Positions 55,801 through 64,000 of a stretch of DNA of 64,000 nt are shown here, in pieces; the first letter of the stretch is position 1; every line of letters starts with the position of its first letter. The DNA is from Paragordius varius (taxonomy: Eukaryota; Animalia; Nematomorpha), in contig OZ176053.1 of NCBI GenBank assembly GCA_964247055.1, positions 13,020,001 through 13,084,000 of the forward strand, given 5' to 3'. Below the pieces are notes generated by a model that was not told the DNA's origin, did not search any database, and worked only from the letters and a program-made list of their open reading frames with translations. The position numbers and the translations under genes are program-made.

Positions 55801-58800
55801 GATAGTTTGACAAACTCTTTCATAATTTTACAACGATACTTTAAAAATTATGGTATAACCAGTCGCATCAATACTCAAGTTAAACTTTGTCCTTAAAAAT
55901 CGGATATTGGTCACCGGTGAACAAAATTATTTTTTATACATTCTCTTAGTAAGACTACATCAAAATATAGAGATATTTTGACAAACTCTTTCATATCCGA
56001 TTTTTACAACGATACTTTAAAAATTAATGTGTTAATCTAGTCGCATTAATACTCAAGTTAAACTTTGTCCTTAAAAATCGGATATTGGTCACCGGTGAAC
56101 AAAATAATTTTTTATACATTCTCTTAGTAAGACTACATCAAAATATAGAGATAGTTTGATAAACTCTTTCCATATCCGAATTTTACAACGATACTTTAAA
56201 AATTAATGTGTTAAACTAGTCGCATACTCAAGTTAAACTTTGTCCTTAAAAATCGGATATTGGTCACCGGTGAACAAAATTATTTTTTATACATTCTCTT
56301 AGTAAGACTACATTAAAATATAGAGATAGTTTGACAAACTCTTTCATATCCGATTTTTACAACGATACTTTAAAAATTAATGTATAAAACTAGTCGTATC
56401 AATAAATCGTATCAATACTCAAGTTAAACTTTGTCCTTAAAAATCGGATATTGGTCACCGGTGAACAAAATTATTTTTTATACATTCTCTTAGTAGGACT
56501 ACATTAAAATATAGAGATAGTTTGGCAAACTCTTTCATATCCGATTTTTACAACGATACTTTAAAAATTAATGTATTAAACTAGTCGCATCAATACTCAA
56601 GTTAAACTTTGTCCTTAAAAATCGGATATTGGTCATCGGTGAACAAAATAATTTTTTATACATTCTCTTAGCAAGACTACATCAAATAATAGAGATAGTT
56701 TGACAAACTCTTTCATATCCGATTATTACAACAATACTTTATATATTAATGTATAAAACTAATCGTATCAATAAGTCGCATCAATACTCAAGTTAAACTT
56801 TGTCCTTAAAAATCGGATATTGGTCACCGGTGAACAAAATAATTTTTTATACATTCTCTTAGTAAGACTACATCAAAATATAGAGATAGTTTGACAAACT
56901 CTTTCATATCCGGATTGTACAACGATACTTTAAAAATTATGGTATTAAACCAGTCGCATCAATACTCAAGTTAAACTTTGTCCTTAAAAATCGGATATTG
57001 GTCACCGGTGAACAAAATTACTTTTTATACATTCTCTTAGTAAGACTACATCAAAATATAGAGATAGTTTGACAAACTCTTTCATATCCGATTTTTACAA
57101 CGATACTTTAAAAATTAATGTATTAAACTAGTCGCATCAATATTCAAGTTAAACTTTGTCCTTAAAAATCGGATATTGGTCACCGGTGAACAAAATAATT
57201 TTTTATACATTCTCTTAGCAAGACTACATCAAATAATAGAGATAGTTTGACAAACTCTTTCATATCCGATTTTTACAACGATACTTTATAAATTAATGTA
57301 TAAAACTAGTCGTATCAATAAGTCGCATCAATACTCAAGTTAAACTTTGTCCTTAAAAATCGGATATTGGTCACCGGTGAACAAAATAATCTTTTATACA
57401 TTCTCTTAGTAAGACTACATCAAATTATAGAGATAGTTTGACAAACTCTTTCATATCCGATTTTTACAACGATACTTTAAAAATTATGGTATAACCAGTC
57501 GCATCAATACTCAAGTTAAACTTTGTCCTTAAAAATCGGATATTGGTCACCGGTGAACAAAATTATTTTTTATACATTCTCTTAGCAAGACTACATCAAA
57601 TAATAGAGATAGTTTGACAAACTCCTTCATATCCGATTTTTACAACGATACTTTATAAATTAATGTATAAAACTAGTCGTATCAATAAGTCGCATCAATA
57701 CTCAAGTTAAACTTTGTCCTTAAACATCGGATATTGGTCACCGGTGAACAAAATAATTTTTTATACATTCTCTTAGTAAGACTACATCAAAATATAGAGA
57801 TAGTTTGACAAACTCTTTCATATCTGATTTTTACAACGATACTTTAAAAATTATGGTATTAAACCAGTCGCATCAATACTCAAGTTAAACTTTGTCCTTA
57901 AAAATCGGATATTGGTCACCGGTGAACAAAATAATTTTTTATACATTCTCTTAGCAAGACTACATCAAATAATAGAGATAGTTTGACAAACTCTTTCATA
58001 TCCGATTTTTACAACGATACTTTATAAATTAATGTATAAAACTAGTCGTATCAATAAGTCGCATCAATACTCAAGTTAAACTTTGTCCTTAAAAATCGGA
58101 TATTGGTCACCGGTGAACAAAATAATCTTTTATACATTCTCTTAGTAAGACTACATCAAATTATAGAGATAGTTTGACAAACTCTTTCATATCCGATTTT
58201 TACAACGATACTTTAAAAATTATGGTATAACCAGTCGCATCAATACTCAAGTTAATCTTTGTCCTTAAAAATCGGATATTGGTCACCGGTGAACAAAATT
58301 ATTTTTTATACATTCTCTTAGTAAGACTACATCAAAATATAGAGATATTTTGACAAACTCTTTCATATCCGATTTTTACAACGATACTTTAAAAATTAAT
58401 GTGTTAAACTAGTCGCATTAATACTCAAGTTAAACTTTGTCCTTAAAAATCGGATATTGGTCACCGGTGAACAAAATTATTTTTTATACATTCTCTTAGT
58501 AAGACTACATCAAAATATAGAGATATTTTGACAAACTCTTTCATATCCGATTTTTACAACGATACTTTATAAATTAATGTATAAAACTAGTCGTATCAAT
58601 AAGTCGCATCGTTAAACTTTGTCCTTAAAAATCGGATATTGGTCACCGGTGAACAAAATAATCTTTTATACATTCTCTTAGTAAGACTACATCAAATTAT
58701 AGAGATAGTTTGACAAACTCTTTCATATCCGATTTTTACAACGATACTTTAAAAATTATGGTATAACCAGTCGCATCAATACTCAAGTTAAACTTTGTCC

Positions 58801-60837
58801 TTAAAAATCGGATATTGGTCACCGGTGAACAAAATTATTTTTTATACATTCTCTTAGTAAGACTACATCAAAATATAGAGATATTTTGACAAACTCTTTC
58901 ATATCCGATTTTTACAACGATACTTTAAAAATTTATGTATTAAACTAGTCGCATCAATACTCAAGTTAAACTTTGTCCTTAAAAATCGGATATTGGTCAT
59001 CGGTGAACAAAATAATTTTTTATACATTCTCTTAGCAAGACTACATCAAATAATAGAGATAGTTTGACAAACTCTTTATATCCGATTATTACAACAATAC
59101 TTTATATATTAATGTATAAAACTAATCGTATCAATAAGTCGCATCAATACTCAAGTTAAACTTTGTCCTTAAAAATCGGATATTGGTCACCGGTGAACAA
59201 AATAATTTTTTATACATTCTCTTAGTAAGACTACATCAAAATATAGAGATAGTTTGACAAACTCTTTCATATCCGGATTGTACAACGATACTTTAAAAAT
59301 TATGGCATTAAACCAGTCGCATCAATACTCAAGTTAAACTTTGTCCTTAAAAATCGGATATTGGTCACCGGTGAACAAAATAATTTTTTATACATTCTCT
59401 TAGCAAGACTACATCAAATAATAGAGATAATTTGACAAACTCTTTCATATCCGATTTTTACAACGATACTTTATAAATTAATGTATAAAACTAGTCGTAT
59501 CAATAAGTCGCATCAATACTCAAGTTAAACTTTGTCCTTAAAAATCGATATTGGTTACCAGTGAACAAAATAATCTTTTATACATTCTCTTAGTAAGACT
59601 ACATCAAATTATAGAGATAGTTTGACAAACTCTTTCATATCCGATTTTTACAACGATACTTTAAAAATTATGGTATAACCAGTCGCATCAATACTCAAGT
59701 TAAACTTTGTCCTTAAAAATCGGATATTGGTCACCGGTGAACAAAATAATTTTTTATACATTCTCTTAGCAAGACTACATCAAATAATAGAGATAGTTTG
59801 ACAAACTCTTTCATATCCGATTTTTACAACGATACTTTATAAATTAATGTATAAAACTAGTCGTATCAATAAGTCGCATCAATACTCAAGTTAAACTTTG
59901 TCCTTAAAAATCGGATATTGGTCACCGGTGAACAAAATAATCTTTTATACATTCTCTTAGTAAGACTACATCAAATTATAGAGATAGTTTGACAAACTCT
60001 TTCATATCCGATTTTTACAACGATACTTTAAAAATTATGGTATAACCAGTCGCATCAATACTCAAGTTAAACTTTGTCCTTAAAAATCGGATATTGGTCA
60101 CCGGTGAACAAAATTATTTTTTATACATTCTCTTAGCAAGACTACATCAAATAATAGAGATAGTTTGACAAATTCTTTCATATCCGATTTTTACAACGAT
60201 ACTTTAAAAATTTATGTATAAAACTAGTCGCATCAATACTCAAGTTAAACTTTGTCCTTAAAAATCGGATATTGGTCACCGGTGAACAAAACTATTTTTT
60301 ATACATTCTTTTAGTAAGACTACATTAAAATATAGAGATAGTTTGACAAATTCTTTCATATCCGATTTTTACAACGATACTTTAAAAATTTATGTATAAA
60401 ACTAGTCGCATCAATACTCAAGTTAAACTTTGTCAAAAATCGGATATTGGTCACCGGTGAACAAAACTATTTTTTATAATTCTTTTAGTATGACTACATC
60501 AAAATATAGAGATAGTTTGACAAACTCTTTATTATCTGATTTTTACAACGATACTTTAAAAATTAATGTATAATTTAGCATACGACAATATTCAAGTTAA
60601 ACTTTGTCCTTAAAAATCGGATATTGGTAACCGGTGAACGAAACTATTTTCTATACATTCTCTTAGAAGGACTACATTAAAATATAGAGATAGTTTGACA
60701 AACTCTTTCATATCCGATTTTTACAACGATACTTTAAAAATTAATGTATAAAACTAATCGCATCAATACTCAAGTTAAACTTTGTCTTTAAAAATCGGAT
60801 ATTGGTCACCGGTGAACAAAATTATTTTTTATACATT
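52886..60837 (+). repeat. HOR unit U3, reference 44-monomer unit (7952 bp)
   Basis: I counted 44 monomer starts by hand between 52886 and 60838. Offset 7952 holds for markers 52904/60856, 54755/62707 and 52677/60629. Confidence 0.9.
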
Positions 60838-63800
60838 CTCTTAGTAAGACTACATGAAAATATAGAGATAGTTTGACAGACTCTTTCATATCCGATTTTT
60901 ACAACGATACTTTATAAATTAATGTATTAAACTAGTCGCATCAATATTCAAGTTAAACTTTGTCCTTAAAACTCGGATATTGGTCACGGTGAACAAAATA
61001 ATTTTTTATACATTCTCTTAGCAAGACTACATCAAATAATAGAGATAGTTTGACAAACTCCTTCATATCCGATTTTTACAACGATACTTTATAAATTAAT
61101 GTATAAAACTAGTCGTATCAATAAGTCGCATCAATACTCAAGTTAAACTTTGTCCTTAAACATCGGATATTGGTCACCGGTGAACAAAATAATTTTTTAT
61201 ACATTCTCTTAGTAAGACTACATCAAAATATAGAGATAGTTTGACAAACTCTTTCATATCTGATTTTTACAACGATACTTTAAAAATTATGGTATTAAAC
61301 CAGTCGCATCAATACTCAAGTTAAACTTTGTCCTTAAAAATCGGATATTGGTCACCGGTGAACAAAATAATTTTTTATACATTCTCTTAGCAAGACTACA
61401 TCAAATAATAGAGATAGTTTGACAAACTCTTTCATATCCGATTTTTACAACGATACTTTATAAATTAATGTATAAAACTAGTCGTATCAATAAGTCGCAT
61501 CAATACTCAAGTTAAACTTTGTCCTTAAAAATCGGATATTGGTTACCGGTGAACAAAATAATCTTTTATACATTCTCTTAGTAAGACTACATCAAATTAT
61601 AGAGATAGTTTGACAAACTCTTTCATATCCGAATTTTACAACGATACTTTAAAAATTATGGTATAACCAGTCGCATCAATACTCAAGTTAAACTTTGTCC
61701 TTAAAAATCGGATATTGGTCACCGGTGAACAAAATTATTTTTTATACATTCTCTTAGTAAGACTACATCAAAATATAGAGATATTTTGACAAACTCTTTC
61801 ATATCCGATTTTTACAACGATACTTTAAAAATTAATGTGTTAATCTAGTCGCATTAATACTCAAGTTAAACTTTGTCCTTAAAAATCGGATATTGGTCAC
61901 CGGTGAACAAAATAATTTTTTATACATTCTCTTAGTAAGACTACATCAAAATATAGAGATAGTTTGACAAACTCTTTCTATATCCGAATTTTACAACGAT
62001 ACTTTAAAAATTAATGTGTTAAACTAGTCGCATACTCAAGTTAAACTTTGTCCTTAAAAATCGGATATTGGTCACCGGTGAACAAAATTATTTTTTATAC
62101 ATTCTCTTAGTAAGACTACATTAAAATATAGAGATAGTTTGACAAACTCTTTCATATCCGATTTTTACAACGATACTTTAAAAATTAATGTATAAAACTA
62201 GTCGTATCAATAAATCGTATCAATACTCAAGTTAAACTTTGTCCTTAAAAATCGGATATTGGTCACCGGTGAACAAAATTATTTTTTATACATTCTCTTA
62301 GTAGGACTACATTAAAATATAGAGATATTTTGACAAACTCTTTCATATCCGATTTTTACAACGATACTTTAAAAATTAATGTGTTAAACTAGTCGCATTA
62401 ATAATCAAGTTAAACTTTGTCCTTAAAAATCGGATATTGGTCACCGGTGAACAAAATAATTTTTTATACATTCTCTTAGTAAGACTACATCAAAATATAG
62501 AGATAGTTTGACAAACTCTTTCCATATCCGATTTTTACAACGATACTTTAAAAATTAATGTGTTAAACTAGTCGCATCAATACTCAAGTTAAACTTTGTC
62601 CTTAAAAATCGGATATTGGTCACCGAACAAAATTATTTTTTATACATTCTCTTAGTAAGACTACTTGAAAATATAGAGATAGTTTGACAAACTCTTTCAT
62701 ATCCGATTAAAAATTAATGTATTAAACTAGTCGCATCAATATTCAAGTTAAACTTTGTCCTTAAAAATCGGATATTGGTCACCGGTGAACAAAATAATTT
62801 TTATACATTCTAGTAAGACTACATCAAAATATAGAGATAGTTTGACAAACTCTTTCCATATCCGATTTTTACAACGATACTTTAAAAATTAATGTATTAA
62901 ACTAGTCGCATGATTACTCAAGTTAAACTTTGTCCTTAAAAATCGGATATTGGTCCCCGGTGAACCAAATAATTTTTTATACATTCTCTTAGTAAGACTA
63001 CATCAAAATATAGAGATAGTTTGACAAACTCTTTCATATCCGATTTTTACAACGATACTTTAAAAATTAATGTATTAAACTAGTCGCATCAATACTCAAG
63101 TTAAACTTTGTCCTTAAAAATCGGATATTGGTCACCGGTGAACAAAATTATTTTTTATACATTCTCTTAGTAAGACTACATCAAATAATAGAGATAGTTT
63201 GACAAACTCTTTCATATCCGATTTTTACAACGATACTTTATAAATTAATGTATAAAACTAGTCGTATCAATAAGTCGCATCAATACTCAAGTTAAACTTA
63301 TCCTTAAAAATCGGATATTGGTCCCCGGTGAACAAAATAATTTTTTATACATTCTCTTAGCAAGACTACATCAAAATATAAAGATAGTTTGACAAACTCT
63401 TTCATATCCGATTTTTACAACGATACTTTAAAAATTAATGTATTAAACTAGTCGCATCAATACTCAAGTTAAACTTTGTCCTTAAAAATCGGATATTGGT
63501 CACCGGTAAACAAAATAATTTTTTATACATTCTCTTAGCAAGACTACATCAAATAATAGAGATAGTTTGACAAACTCTTTCATATCCGATTTTTACAACG
63601 ATACTTTATAAATTAATGTATAAAACTAGTCGTATCAATAAGTCGCATCAATACTCAAGTTAAACTTTGTCCTTAAAAATCGGATATTGGTTACCGGTGA
63701 ACAAAATAATCTTTTATACATTCTCTTAGTAAGACTACATCAAATTATAGAGATAGTTTGACAAACTCTTTCATATCCGAATTTTACAACGATACTTTAA

Positions 63801-64000
63801 AAATTATGGTATAACCAGTCGCATCAATACTCAAGTTAAACTTTGTCCTTAAAAATCGGATATTGGTCACCGGTGAACAAAATTATTTTTTATACATTCT
63901 CTTAGTAAGACTACATCAAAATATAGAGATATTTTGACAAACTCTTTCATATCCGATTTTTACAACGATACTTTAAAAATTAATGTGTTAATCTAGTCGC
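60838..64000 (+). repeat. HOR unit U4 (partial, cut by the window end)
   Basis: It is collinear with 52886-~56050. I noticed only about five differences over ~3.2 kb (near 54115, 55411/63361, 55655, a 5-bp deletion near 55823, and 62667). Confidence 0.88.

Larger units (their letters stand above)
1..64000 (+). repeat. Tandem satellite DNA array, 178-bp monomer, ~355-360 head-to-tail copies, probably (peri)centromeric/heterochromatic; family not recognised
   Basis: The same unit recurs without interruption from base 1 to 64000. Monomer starts (CTCTTAG) at 7295/7473 and 24279/24457 are 178 bp apart. Hand count of the consensus gives 29 C + 21 G in 178 bp (28% GC). No inverted block or unique sequence was seen. 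The centromeric role is inference only. Confidence 0.98.
24990..64000 (+). repeat. Satellite domain C (subfamily with CATCAAATAATAG, CATCAAATTATAG, TTTATAAATT, GTCGTATCAATAAGTCGC, TTATGGTAT(T)AA(A)CCAGTC, AATGTGTTAA, CCGGATTGTAC), organised as a long HOR
   Basis: The diagnostic variants begin at ~25065 and dominate to the window end. Long blocks recur in identical order. Confidence 0.9.

Noticed and set aside
27315-59555. Isolated 1-bp deletions (AAAATCGATA near 27321 and 59547, AGTTTACAAAC near 47835) as biological markers
   Set aside because: They are singletons not shared by HOR siblings and cannot be distinguished from long-read consensus errors without reads.
1-64000. Protein-coding genes or repeat-encoded ORFs
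   Set aside because: Both strands of the AT-rich monomer are dense in TAA/TAG/TGA. The 178-bp period shifts frame each unit, and indels are tolerated freely.
1-64000. CRISPR array (palindromic repeats at regular spacing)
   Set aside because: There are no unique spacers, since the whole unit repeats, and no leader or cas genes.
1-64000. Arabidopsis CEN178 or primate alpha satellite, suggested by monomer length
   Set aside because: Only the length is similar. From memory, the sequence lacks their characteristic motifs, such as the AAGCTT-containing CEN178 segment. No family name is assigned without a database search.
1-64000. Embedded transposon, rDNA/5S/tRNA unit, telomeric repeat or strand switch
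   Set aside because: No non-satellite sequence, Pol III A/B boxes, telomeric motif runs or reverse-oriented monomers were seen on reading through.

Overview
The whole 64 kb window is one uninterrupted head-to-tail tandem satellite array, with all monomers on the same strand. It holds roughly 355-360 monomers of a 178-bp unit that is about 28% GC by hand count. The consensus is CTCTTAGTAAGACTACATCAAAATATAGAGATAGTTTGACAAACTCTTTCATATCCGATTTTTACAACGATACTTTAAAAATTAATGTATAAAACTAGTCGCATCAATACTCAAGTTAAACTTTGTCCTTAAAAATCGGATATTGGTCACCGGTGAACAAAATTATTTTTTATACATT, with a near-consensus copy at 24279-24456. I find no genes, RNA genes, transposons, CRISPR spacers or unique sequence. I do not recognise the family or the organism; the architecture is typical of eukaryotic (peri)centromeric or heterochromatic satellite. 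The array is layered into variant domains A (1-~4.6 kb), B (~4.6-23.7 kb), a transition zone and C (~25-64 kb). Domain C is built from a 44-monomer (~7.95 kb) higher-order repeat (HOR) with 48-, 37- and 38-mer derivatives, and four of its units end in a captured island of domain-B monomers. The monomer has two interleaved long inverted repeats, about five dyads and traces of two half-units with flipped motifs. Several variants look like hairpin-templated mutations, including a unique perfect 33-bp palindrome at 7847-7879. I cannot support a new gene-based system here; the novelty, if any, lies in this self-complementary architecture and the mutation and recombination record. All offsets were counted by hand from shared marker variants, so boundaries are approximate.
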